Shown here one piece after another: positions 46,666 to 55,438 of a stretch of DNA of 64,000 nt (within the stretch, counting starts at the first letter, position 1; each line of letters starts with the position of its first letter). A program made the position numbers and the translations under genes. The stretch is from contig JBBQJD010000001.1 in the NCBI GenBank assembly GCA_038325595.1, forward strand, positions 6,417-70,416. Reading direction: 5' to 3'. The stretch is from Bacteroidales bacterium. Its GTDB lineage: Bacteria > Bacteroidota > Bacteroidia > Bacteroidales > VadinHA17. A model generated the notes under the pieces. It searched no databases, was not told the origin of the DNA, and worked only from the letters and a program-made list of their open reading frames with translations.

Positions 46666-48022
46666 TTCAACCCTCTCCTGCAGATCTTTTTCTGTAATCA
46701 CATTCAAACTAAATTTACTCCGGATAACTTTTTTTATCCTGGCAGTTATTCTACTTAGCTCCTGCGAGGAAGAGCCTACAAAAATTGGTTATGACCTGCT
46801 GCCTGAAAGTGATTTTGTACAGGTAAAATCTATTGATACACTGAGCGTCTGGTCATATTCACTGTATGATGAGAAGGTTCGCACTGACAACTCTTCATTA
46901 GGTTATCTCGGAAGTACTTACAACCCGTACTTTGGCACCACTACTGCTGAGCTTGTTACACAGGTCAGATTCAAGCCTGAATGGGACCACCGGCCATTTA
47001 CAGTCGATTCAGTGAAATTGTTCCTGAAATTTATGACTGTTAAAGGAACTCCCGGCATCGTACATTCTATGAGAATTTCGCAGGTGACAGAACAGATTTA
47101 TACTGATTCTGTCTACTATTCAACCAGACAGGTACAGGCTGATACATTGAATGGGCTTGTTGTTGAGCTGCCTGTGATAGCTCCTGATTCAATTAACGCT
47201 ATTATCAAGACTCTTCCGGTTGAGTTCGGCAGCAGACTGATAGGCGATACCTCGATGTTCTTTTATGACAACAAGAAACCTGATTACAGGTCTTCATCCA
47301 AGGGACTCTTTTTTCAAATTCTTCCCTCAGCAGATCCGTTGCTGGTATCACTATATCTTGAAGCACCTGACACTAGAAGCTCTCTTCATACGGAATATCA
47401 TAATTTCTTCAGGGTTTACGTTCATGATGCAATAGGAATGAAGGGTGAATTTCTGTTCATTATTGATGCTAATAACAAAAATGCATCATTCATGAGAATT
47501 TCGCACAAATTTGATGCAGGTGAACCTGAGAAAAGGATCCAGCATGTAAACGATGGCTACAGGGATACGCTCACCTATCTGCAATATCTGAATGGGATAT
47601 ATACCAAAATAGTTTTCCCTGGTCTCGAGAATATTAAGAATGATCCATCATTCAATAATATTGCAGTTAATAAGGCATCACTGACAATTCCTGTTCAATT
47701 TGACGGAATCCATTTCAAGCCATCTACAGCGCCCTCTCAGCTGCTCCTCAGGTATAAAACAGCAGATGGCAACAAATTCTTTGTTCCTGACTACAGCCTT
47801 GATGAAACCAGCAGTTATTATGGCGGCAGGCTTGATTCAGTTGCCAGGGTGTATAAATTCAATATAGCTGGTTTCGTTCAGAAATATCTCGACGATGTGG
47901 AAAGTGGAATTAACCCTGAACTCGAAGTATTCCAGACATTTTCCAGCACCAAAAGTGTTGTTTTGAAAGCCAATGAGAGTAAGGAGCCTCTAAAATTCGA
48001 GGTTATCTATACTAAATTTTAG
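46646..48022 (+). CDS. Lipoprotein, DUF4270-like
   Basis: Lipobox ILLSSC. The start is ambiguous: ATGs at 46628, 46637 and 46646 all overlap the end of the upstream gene. The listed TTG at 46583 is unlikely. Confidence 0.6.
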   Translation: MTRYYHSSTLSCRSFSVITFKLNLLRITFFILAVILLSSCEEEPTKIGYDLLPESDFVQVKSIDTLSVWSYSLYDEKVRTDNSSLGYLGSTYNPYFGTTTAELVTQVRFKPEWDHRPFTVDSVKLFLKFMTVKGTPGIVHSMRISQVTEQIYTDSVYYSTRQVQADTLNGLVVELPVIAPDSINAIIKTLPVEFGSRLIGDTSMFFYDNKKPDYRSSSKGLFFQILPSADPLLVSLYLEAPDTRSSLHTEYHNFFRVYVHDAIGMKGEFLFIIDANNKNASFMRISHKFDAGEPEKRIQHVNDGYRDTLTYLQYLNGIYTKIVFPGLENIKNDPSFNNIAVNKASLTIPVQFDGIHFKPSTAPSQLLLRYKTADGNKFFVPDYSLDETSSYYGGRLDSVARVYKFNIAGFVQKYLDDVESGINPELEVFQTFSSTKSVVLKANESKEPLKFEVIYTKF

Positions 48023-48110
48023 GTTCCCCCACATTTCCCCGATTGTGGCTCAAAGAGTCGATAAAAACAAGACCCTATAGTTGAGTCGATATGTGAGGTT
48101 AACTGATTTG

Positions 48111-49175
48111 TTACCTTCCCGAGTACATCAAATCGTAATACTTCCCATAATCCCCTGAAAGAACATTTTCCAGCCAGCGTGTATTACTGAGGTACCAGTC
48201 AACAGTTTTTTCCAGACCTTCCTCAAAATCAGGTATCGGTGACCATCCCAGTTCTTCCTGCAGTTTTGAAGAATCAATAGCATACCTCAGATCGTGTCCG
48301 GGCCTGTCCTTTACGAATGTAATAAGCTTTTCAGATGTACCTGAAGGTCTGGCCAGCTTTCTGTCCATAATTTTACAGAGCATTTTTACAAGGTCAATAT
48401 TTTTCCATTCATTGTTGCCGCCAATATTATATGTATCACCCTGTTTTCCTTTATGAAAAATAAGATCAATAGCTGCAGCATGATCCCCGACATAAAGCCA
48501 GTCACGGACATTTTCCCCTTTGCCATATACCGGCAGGGGATTGCTGTTTTTTATATTATTCACAATCAGCGGTATCAGCTTCTCGGGAAACTGATTCGGG
48601 CCATAATTATTTGAACAGTTTGAAATGATAACAGGAATTCCGAAGGTGTGATTATACGCTCTTACCAAATGATCAGAGCTTGCTTTTGAGGCAGAATAGG
48701 GACTTTTTGGACTATAAGACGATTGTTCGGTGAACAGGCCATCCTTGCCAAGTGAACCGTAAACCTCATCTGTAGAAATATGATAAAACAGTTTACCGTT
48801 AAATGAATCTTTCCATTTTCCGAGAGCCGCATTCAGCAGGTTAACTGTTCCGACAATATTGGTAAAAACGAACTCATCGGGACCTGTGATGGAACGGTCA
48901 ACGTGCGATTCGGCAGCAAGATGTATTACCCCGTCGAAATTGTACTTGTCAAAAAGATTGAGAACTGATTGTTTATCAACGATATCCACCTTTTCGAAAA
49001 CGTAGTTTTGGCTGGTATCCACATCTGACAGGTTCTCAAGGTTACCAGCATATGTTAGTTTATCTGCATTTACAATCAGGTACGAAGGATAGTTTTTGAC
49101 AAATCGTCTCACAACATGCGATCCGATAAAACCTGCTCCGCCTGTTATCAGAATTGTTTTCGTGTTCATTGTCAT
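48111..49175 (-). CDS. rfbB: dTDP-glucose 4,6-dehydratase
   Basis: The ATG at 49175 overlaps the galE stop (ATGA). ILITGGAGFIGSH and the YSASKASSD catalytic motif are present. Confidence 0.9.
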   Translation of the reverse strand: MTMNTKTILITGGAGFIGSHVVRRFVKNYPSYLIVNADKLTYAGNLENLSDVDTSQNYVFEKVDIVDKQSVLNLFDKYNFDGVIHLAAESHVDRSITGPDEFVFTNIVGTVNLLNAALGKWKDSFNGKLFYHISTDEVYGSLGKDGLFTEQSSYSPKSPYSASKASSDHLVRAYNHTFGIPVIISNCSNNYGPNQFPEKLIPLIVNNIKNSNPLPVYGKGENVRDWLYVGDHAAAIDLIFHKGKQGDTYNIGGNNEWKNIDLVKMLCKIMDRKLARPSGTSEKLITFVKDRPGHDLRYAIDSSKLQEELGWSPIPDFEEGLEKTVDWYLSNTRWLENVLSGDYGKYYDLMYSGR

Positions 49176-50197
49176 TTTTCTCTTATTTTCTTTTCCCAGG
49201 CCCATGCTGTTATCATGGCCTCATCTAAGGTACTGATTGTTTTCCATCCAAGCTCTTTATTGGCAAATGAAGGATCAGCCCAGATTTTTTCAATATCACC
49301 GGGTCTTCTTCCTACTATCCTGTAATTCAGTTTAACCCCCGAGACCCGTTGAAAGGACTCAATAGCCTCAAGAACTGAAACTCCATTTCCTGTGCCAAGG
49401 TTGAAAACTTCGTAATTCTTCTTGTTTTTCTGTTCAACCAGCCTTCTTACAGCAACAACATGGGCTTTTGCAAGGTCGACAACATGAAGGTAATCTCTTA
49501 TGCACGAACCATCAGGTGTATCGTAGTCATTTCCAAATACTTTAAGTTCTTCCCGAAGGCCGTATGCTGTCTGGGTAATATAAGGAACGAGGTTTTCAGG
49601 GACACCCCTTGGCAATTCACCGATAAGGGCAGTAGGGTGCGCACCGATAGGATTAAAATACCTGAGGGCTATGGCTTTAACACCAGCATCTGAAAAAACT
49701 GTATCTCTGATAATTTCCTCCCCAACCTGCTTTGTGTTTCCGTAAGGAGAAGTGGCAGGCTGCAGAGGGGCATCCTCTGTTACCGGTAATTTTTCCGGCT
49801 GACCATAAACTGTGCAGGAAGATGAGAACACCAGATTGGGAATACTATGGTCCTTCATTGCCTGCAGAAGGTTAATCAGGGTACCGAGATTATTTCTGTA
49901 ATAATCCAGGGGCTTGAAAACTGATTCGCTTACAGCTTTATATGCAGCAAAATGGATGATTGCTGAAATATTATTATGTTTTCTGAAGAATGCATCAACT
50001 TTATGGGCATCGCCAATATCAAAAACTTCGAGTTCCGGCCTGACGCCGGTAATCTTTTCTATCCTGTCGACTACTTCTGCTTCAGAGTTGTAAAGATTAT
50101 CGATTATCACAACTTCAAAGCCGTCATTAATCAGTTCTACTGTTGTATGAGAACCGATATATCCGGTTCCTCCCGTGACAAGTATTTTTTTCTTCAT
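49172..50197 (-). CDS. galE: UDP-glucose (or UDP-GlcNAc) 4-epimerase
   Basis: 341 aa. ILVTGGTGYIGSH and the YGNTK catalytic motif. Substrate specificity cannot be told from the sequence alone. Confidence 0.8.
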   Translation of the reverse strand: MKKKILVTGGTGYIGSHTTVELINDGFEVVIIDNLYNSEAEVVDRIEKITGVRPELEVFDIGDAHKVDAFFRKHNNISAIIHFAAYKAVSESVFKPLDYYRNNLGTLINLLQAMKDHSIPNLVFSSSCTVYGQPEKLPVTEDAPLQPATSPYGNTKQVGEEIIRDTVFSDAGVKAIALRYFNPIGAHPTALIGELPRGVPENLVPYITQTAYGLREELKVFGNDYDTPDGSCIRDYLHVVDLAKAHVVAVRRLVEQKNKKNYEVFNLGTGNGVSVLEAIESFQRVSGVKLNYRIVGRRPGDIEKIWADPSFANKELGWKTISTLDEAMITAWAWEKKIREK

Positions 50198-51486
50198 TAA
50201 AGGCTCCAGTATGTATGTTCCTTAATTTTTCCGCGTAAAGCGCCTTTCACGTCCACCACAATCCCTTTATCCGAAAGAAGATTTCCGAACCAGGCTTCAT
50301 CCAGGTTAAGATAATCCTTGTGGCTGACAGCCATAATGACAACGTCGTATTTTCCACTGGGTTCCTTCTGCAGTTCGAAGCCGTACTCAGTTTTTACATG
50401 ATGTGAGTCTGCTCCGGGATCAATAACATCTACTTTCACACCAAAGTCGGCCATTTCCTTAATAATATCGACTACTTTAGAATTGCGTATGTCAGTCACA
50501 TCTTCCTTGAAAGTAATACCCATGATAAGAGCACGGGCGTTCATAGGGTTCTTACCGGCTGCAATTATTTTCTTTACCGTCTGCTTTCCGATATAACCTC
50601 CCATGCTGTCATTTACAAAACGGCCTGAATCAATCATTTGCGGATGATATCCAAGCGCTTTTGCCTTAAATGAAAGATAATATGGGTCAACACCGATGCA
50701 ATGACCGCCAACCAGCCCGGGGTAGAATTTAAGAAAATTCCACTTTGTACCTGCCGCTTCAAGAACTTCGTAAGTGTTGATACCAAGCCGGTTGAAAATT
50801 ATTGAAAGCTCATTCATGAAAGCGATGTTTATATCGCGCTGGGTATTTTCAATAATCTTTGCTGCCTCAGCTACTTTAATCGAGCTTGCACGGTATACAC
50901 CAGCTTTTATTATAAGTTCATAAACTTTAGCAATATTATCGGCAGCTTCGGCATCACAGCCACTTGTCACCTTTGTTATTTTGGTAAGAGTGTGCTGATG
51001 ATCTCCCGGATTAATTCTTTCAGGAGAAAATCCCACTTTGAAATCCTTGCAGTACTTTAACCCGGAATATCTTTCAAGAACCGGTACACAATCCTCTTCG
51101 GTACACCCAGGGTATACTGTCGATTCATAAATTACATAATCACCTTTCTTTAACACTTTACCCACTGTTTCTGAAGCTTTAAGCACCGGGGTAAGGTCGG
51201 GGAGATTATAAATGTTTGTAGGGGTGGGAACTGCAATTATATGGAATGATGCTTCTGCGATATCCTCTGGATTGCTTGTTAATATGATATCTGAATTCTT
51301 AAATGCCTCACTGTCAAGTTCATTGCTGGGGTCTATGCCTTTTTTCATTAAGTCAACCCGCTCTGGTTTAATATCAAAACCAATTACGCTGATAACCTTG
51401 GCAAATTCAAGTGCGATTGGAAGGCCTACATAGCCCAGACCAATAACTGAGAGTTTAGTCTTCTTTTTAATAAGCTTGTCGTACAT
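50197..51486 (-). CDS. wbpA: Nucleotide-sugar 6-dehydrogenase (UDP-GlcNAc dehydrogenase, WbpA/TviB-like)
   Basis: 429 aa. N-terminal Rossmann motif LSVIGLGYVGLPIALEF and the catalytic-Cys region GGHCIGVDP. The operon context with the B/D/E-like genes supports the call. Confidence 0.7.
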   Translation of the reverse strand: MYDKLIKKKTKLSVIGLGYVGLPIALEFAKVISVIGFDIKPERVDLMKKGIDPSNELDSEAFKNSDIILTSNPEDIAEASFHIIAVPTPTNIYNLPDLTPVLKASETVGKVLKKGDYVIYESTVYPGCTEEDCVPVLERYSGLKYCKDFKVGFSPERINPGDHQHTLTKITKVTSGCDAEAADNIAKVYELIIKAGVYRASSIKVAEAAKIIENTQRDINIAFMNELSIIFNRLGINTYEVLEAAGTKWNFLKFYPGLVGGHCIGVDPYYLSFKAKALGYHPQMIDSGRFVNDSMGGYIGKQTVKKIIAAGKNPMNARALIMGITFKEDVTDIRNSKVVDIIKEMADFGVKVDVIDPGADSHHVKTEYGFELQKEPSGKYDVVIMAVSHKDYLNLDEAWFGNLLSDKGIVVDVKGALRGKIKEHTYWSL

Positions 51487-51488
51487 GT

Positions 51489-52445
51489 TTATTTTTTATT
51501 TAGTAATGGATGATAATCGCCGGTTAGTCCTTTTGGAGTCGAATTTCTAATGGTGTATGCTGTTTCAACCGAATTTCGGGCATCATGCAGTCCAAATCCG
51601 TTGCCTGAAAGTATTTCTTTATAACTAAGAGTATGCAGGTCGGTGAATCCTTCACTGAATTCAATTTCCTTACCATCGACTTTAATTGACCTGAAGGTCC
51701 TTTGACCTGCTATCCTGGAGCATTCAGGAAGATCGTTGGCATCAATGCTCAGATACCACCTCACCCTGGCATTTTCAAGTTCAAGATAGCCAGCCGCCTT
51801 GTTGTATTCCGCCATATGTACCATATTTTGCTTCACACCTCCGAATATCCAGATAAGCATATCAAAAAAATGTATGCCAATATTAGTCGCCACACCTCCT
51901 GATTTCTGTACATCGCCTTTCCAGGAAAACTGGTACCAGTTGCCCCGGCTTGTGATGTACGTCATATCTATATCGTAAATTTTGTTTTTAGGCCCATTCA
52001 TGATCTGTTCCCTGAGTTCAATGATTCTGGGATGAAGCCGCAGCTGCAGGATCGTATATATATTGCGATCTGTTTCTTTCTGAATCTGTTGCAGGGCATC
52101 AACATTCCACGGGTTAAGTACAATAGGTTTTTCACAGATAGCATCTGCCTGGTGTCTCAGGGCAAATCGTATATGAGAATCATGAAGGTAATTCGGTGAA
52201 CAAATGCTTACGTAGTCAATTTTTGTACCGGTACGCTTTAGCTTGTCAAAATGCCTGTCAAATCTTTCAAATTCAACGAAGAAATCACTCTCGGGAAAAT
52301 AGAAGTCAATTCTTCCAACGCTGTCAAATTTATCCAGACTGGCGAGCAGGTTGTTCCTGGTGTCCTTAATAGCTTTCAGATGTCTTACGGCTATGTAGCC
52401 TGCCACACCAATAATTCCAAAATTTTTCGAAGTCTCAATCATCAT
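51489..52445 (-). CDS. wbpB: Gfo/Idh/MocA oxidoreductase, WbpB-like
   Basis: The ATG at 52445 (MMIETSKNFGIIGVAGYIAVRHLKAI..) is preferred over the listed TTG at 52463. Rossmann N-terminus typical of WbpB-type UDP-GlcNAcA 3-dehydrogenases. Confidence 0.65.
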   Translation of the reverse strand: MMIETSKNFGIIGVAGYIAVRHLKAIKDTRNNLLASLDKFDSVGRIDFYFPESDFFVEFERFDRHFDKLKRTGTKIDYVSICSPNYLHDSHIRFALRHQADAICEKPIVLNPWNVDALQQIQKETDRNIYTILQLRLHPRIIELREQIMNGPKNKIYDIDMTYITSRGNWYQFSWKGDVQKSGGVATNIGIHFFDMLIWIFGGVKQNMVHMAEYNKAAGYLELENARVRWYLSIDANDLPECSRIAGQRTFRSIKVDGKEIEFSEGFTDLHTLSYKEILSGNGFGLHDARNSVETAYTIRNSTPKGLTGDYHPLLNKK

Positions 52446-52463
52446 CCTAAAACGTGAACCCAA

Positions 52464-53042
52464 TTATATTACTTTAAAAACCCTGCCCTTTTCAAGATGG
52501 TATTTTTCACCACTTTCCGGACAAACAGCCGATCCATGCTCATCGAAATTAAGTTTATGTCCGTATTCGCTCATCCACCCTGTTTGTCTTGCAGGATTCC
52601 CGACTACCAGGGCATATGGCTTAACTTCTTTTGTAACAACAGCTCCTGCCCCGATAAATGCATAAGATCCAATCTTATTTCCGCATACAATGGTTGAGTT
52701 GGCGCCTATTGAGGCTCCTTTTTCAACTATGGTTGGAAGGTATTTGTCTTTCCTGACAATTGCACTTCTCGGATTGAATACATTTGTAAAAACCATTGAA
52801 GGACCCAGGAATACATCATCCTCGCATATAACACCTGTATAGATGGAAATGTTGTTCTGTACCTTAACATTTTTTCCGAGTTTCACCCCGGGTAATACAA
52901 CAACATTCTGTCCGATATTACAATTTTCTCCTATTTCAGAATCTGTCATAATATGGCTGAAGTGCCATATTTTTGTGCCTTTCCCGATCTTACAACCCTC
53001 ATCGATAACTGCTGTTTCATGTGCAAAATATTCTTTTTCCAT
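52464..53042 (-). CDS. wbpD: Hexapeptide-repeat N-acetyltransferase, WbpD-like
   Basis: 192 aa. Left-handed beta-helix repeats (IGKGTKIWHFSHI, IGENCNIGQNVVV, and so on). Confidence 0.65.
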   Translation of the reverse strand: MEKEYFAHETAVIDEGCKIGKGTKIWHFSHIMTDSEIGENCNIGQNVVVLPGVKLGKNVKVQNNISIYTGVICEDDVFLGPSMVFTNVFNPRSAIVRKDKYLPTIVEKGASIGANSTIVCGNKIGSYAFIGAGAVVTKEVKPYALVVGNPARQTGWMSEYGHKLNFDEHGSAVCPESGEKYHLEKGRVFKVI

Positions 53043-53044
53043 AT

Positions 53045-54178
53045 TTAATTTTTGTCGAAGAATTCTAAGACATTTTTTATTATAAAATCAATTTGTTCCT
53101 GTTCCATGTCAGGATGCATGGGTAATGACAATACTTCGCGGCACAAAGTTGCAGTAACAGGAAAATCATCAGCTTTATAGCCTAAATAAAGATAGGCTTC
53201 CTGTGTATGCAGCGGACCGGGATAATAAACCATTGAAGGTATTCCCCTTGATTCCAGGAACTTTTTGAGTTCATCCCGTTTCCCATTCTTAACCTTAATT
53301 GTGTATTGATGGAAAATGTGGGAAGAATATGCTGCTCTTTCAGGGGTGATAATGAATTCACATCCTTTAAGCGCCTTGTCATACTGGTCCGCAACCATTC
53401 TTCTGGAAGTGTTGAACCGGGTAAGATATCTGAGCTTAACCCTGAGTATTGCTGCCTGTATTGTATCAAGCCTCGAATTCACCCCGATGTCATTGTAATG
53501 GTATCTTATCTTCATGCCATGGTTGGCAATGCTTCTGAGCTTTCCTGCGAAATTATCATCGTTTGTATAAAGGGCACCTCCGTCACCATAGCATCCAAGG
53601 TTCTTTGACGGGAAAAACGAAGTTGTTCCGATATGTCCGATTGTACCGGCTTTCTTTACAGTACCGTCTTTAAAGTAATAATCAGCTCCCGTGGCTTGTG
53701 CAGCATCCTCAATGATAAAAAGATCATGTTTCCCTGCCAGCTCCAGGAGACTCTCCATATCAACACACTGACCGAACAGGTGAACGGGTATTATTGCTCT
53801 TGTCTTTGGAGTGATTGAGTTTCGTACAGCTTCAATTGATATATTGAAATTTGCCGGATCGGGTTCCACTATTACCAACTTTAGTCCGAGGAGGGCAACA
53901 ACCTCAGCAGTAGCGATAAAAGTAAAATTGGTCGTAATAATCTCATCTCCGGGCTTAAGGCCCAGCATCCGGACAGCAAGTTGAAGAGCATCTGTGCCAT
54001 TTGCACATGAGATTACATGCTTTACTCCCATGTAATTCTGGAGCTCTTCCTCAAAAAGCTTTACATCGGGTCCCTTGATGAAAGCGGTTGATTCAAGTAC
54101 GGATTTAATAGCCTGATCTATCTCGGGTGAGAGCCTGATATACTGGCTCTTTAGATCGACCATTTGTATTTCTTTCAT
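53045..54178 (-). CDS. wbpE: DegT/DnrJ/EryC1-family PLP aminotransferase, WbpE-like
   Basis: 377 aa. The SFFPSKNLG motif contains the PLP lysine. First gene of the operon. Confidence 0.7.
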   Translation of the reverse strand: MKEIQMVDLKSQYIRLSPEIDQAIKSVLESTAFIKGPDVKLFEEELQNYMGVKHVISCANGTDALQLAVRMLGLKPGDEIITTNFTFIATAEVVALLGLKLVIVEPDPANFNISIEAVRNSITPKTRAIIPVHLFGQCVDMESLLELAGKHDLFIIEDAAQATGADYYFKDGTVKKAGTIGHIGTTSFFPSKNLGCYGDGGALYTNDDNFAGKLRSIANHGMKIRYHYNDIGVNSRLDTIQAAILRVKLRYLTRFNTSRRMVADQYDKALKGCEFIITPERAAYSSHIFHQYTIKVKNGKRDELKKFLESRGIPSMVYYPGPLHTQEAYLYLGYKADDFPVTATLCREVLSLPMHPDMEQEQIDFIIKNVLEFFDKN

Positions 54179-54292
54179 TTATACAAAAAATTTAAAAACA
54201 CGAAGATAATAATTTTACACAAGTTTAAGGATGGGTGCTTTCACATAAGCTAAATCAGAAACATCAATTGATAATTTTATTTATTTTTTTAA

Positions 54293-54325
54293 TTTGCATT
54301 GCTCCTCCAATTTTTATTAAATTTG
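54293..54325 (+). promoter_or_regulatory. Bacteroidota-type promoter (-33 TTTG / -7 TAAATTTG) for the HU-like/SPOR gene
   Basis: TTTG at 54293-54296, a 21-nt spacer, then TAAATTTG at 54318-54325. The ATG is at 54349. Confidence 0.5.
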
Positions 54326-54348
54326 TCTGAATAAAGAATATAACTAAA

Positions 54349-55353
54349 ATGGATACTACCGCTTTTATACGTGAATTATTATTCGGACATGATTGCGTGA
54401 TAGTCCCCGGTTTTGGAGGTTTTATTGGAAACTATACACCGGCACACATTGATAAGAGTTCCGGAACATTTTATCCTCCTGTCAAACAAATTTCTTTCAA
54501 CAGAAACCTGAATCATAATGATGGTCTCTTAATCGGAAGGATTTCCGGATCCGCAGGAATGACTTATGGTGACGCCAGAAACCTGGTTGAAGAGTTTGTG
54601 ACAGAGACCAGAAGAAAACTGGATAAAGGAGATAAAGTTGTATTTGACAAAATCGGATGTTTTGTACATAACCAGGAAGGAAATCTCCAGTTCGAACCTG
54701 AAAGAGGCGTAAATTATCATCTCGATTCATACGGTCTGGAATCTTTTCAGTGTCTGCCTCTCGAGGGATACGATGTTAGAAAGCGTATCATAAGGCAGCC
54801 GGCTGATAATAAGACGAGACATTTTCCAGTCAGGAAAATTCTCTGGAGGGCTGCCGTTATTATTCCGCTTCTTTCTGTTTTAATTGCCGTTCCTCTGAAA
54901 ACTGACCTTTTCAAATCAAAAGTAGAGGCTTCAACAATGAACCCTCTTGTAATGGCTGAATTAGAGCATAATAAACTGGCTGTTGATGAGGAAAATGTAA
55001 AAATTACTGCAACTGAAGAAAACATCGTACCCGTTGCAGAAAATGTTGCAGCAGCTGAACCGGAATTGTCTCCCGAAGCAACCCTGGCTGAAACCGCAGA
55101 GCCAAAAGTTAAAACATCTGAGATCACATCCCCCGTTTATTTCCTTATTACAGGGAGCTTTAAAACTGAAAAGAATGCTTACCAGCAGATCAGAATGCTT
55201 GAAAGCGAGGGCTTTACACCTGAGGTTGTGGCAGCTGCAAATGGTTTCTACAGGGTAAGTGCCATGATGTGTCCCGATCTGAATACTGCTGTGGTACGGA
55301 AAGACAGTATCTCCAAAAAGTTCCCCGGAACCTGGATTTCAAGAAAAAGATAA
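54349..55353 (+). CDS. HU-like (HU-CCDC81) N-terminal domain plus C-terminal SPOR domain protein
   Basis: 334 aa. N-terminus IRELLFGHDCVIVPGFGGFIGNYTPA, a central TM segment (AAVIIPLLSVLIAVPL), and a C-terminal SPOR-like YFLITGSFKTEKNAYQQIRMLESEGF. Confidence 0.7.
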   Translation: MDTTAFIRELLFGHDCVIVPGFGGFIGNYTPAHIDKSSGTFYPPVKQISFNRNLNHNDGLLIGRISGSAGMTYGDARNLVEEFVTETRRKLDKGDKVVFDKIGCFVHNQEGNLQFEPERGVNYHLDSYGLESFQCLPLEGYDVRKRIIRQPADNKTRHFPVRKILWRAAVIIPLLSVLIAVPLKTDLFKSKVEASTMNPLVMAELEHNKLAVDEENVKITATEENIVPVAENVAAAEPELSPEATLAETAEPKVKTSEITSPVYFLITGSFKTEKNAYQQIRMLESEGFTPEVVAAANGFYRVSAMMCPDLNTAVVRKDSISKKFPGTWISRKR

Positions 55354-55372
55354 ACTAAAACTTTAATACAGG

Positions 55373-55403
55373 AGCCGCTTTTGTAAAAGAGCGGCTTTTT
55401 TGA
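55373..55403 (+). terminator. Rho-independent terminator after the SPOR gene
   Basis: 10-bp stem agccgctttt (55373-55382) / aaaagagcggct with a GTAA loop, followed by TTTTTT (55396-55401). Confidence 0.75.
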
Positions 55404-55438
55404 TTCTATTGAATGGGCCAGAGGTGAGTTCATACCCC

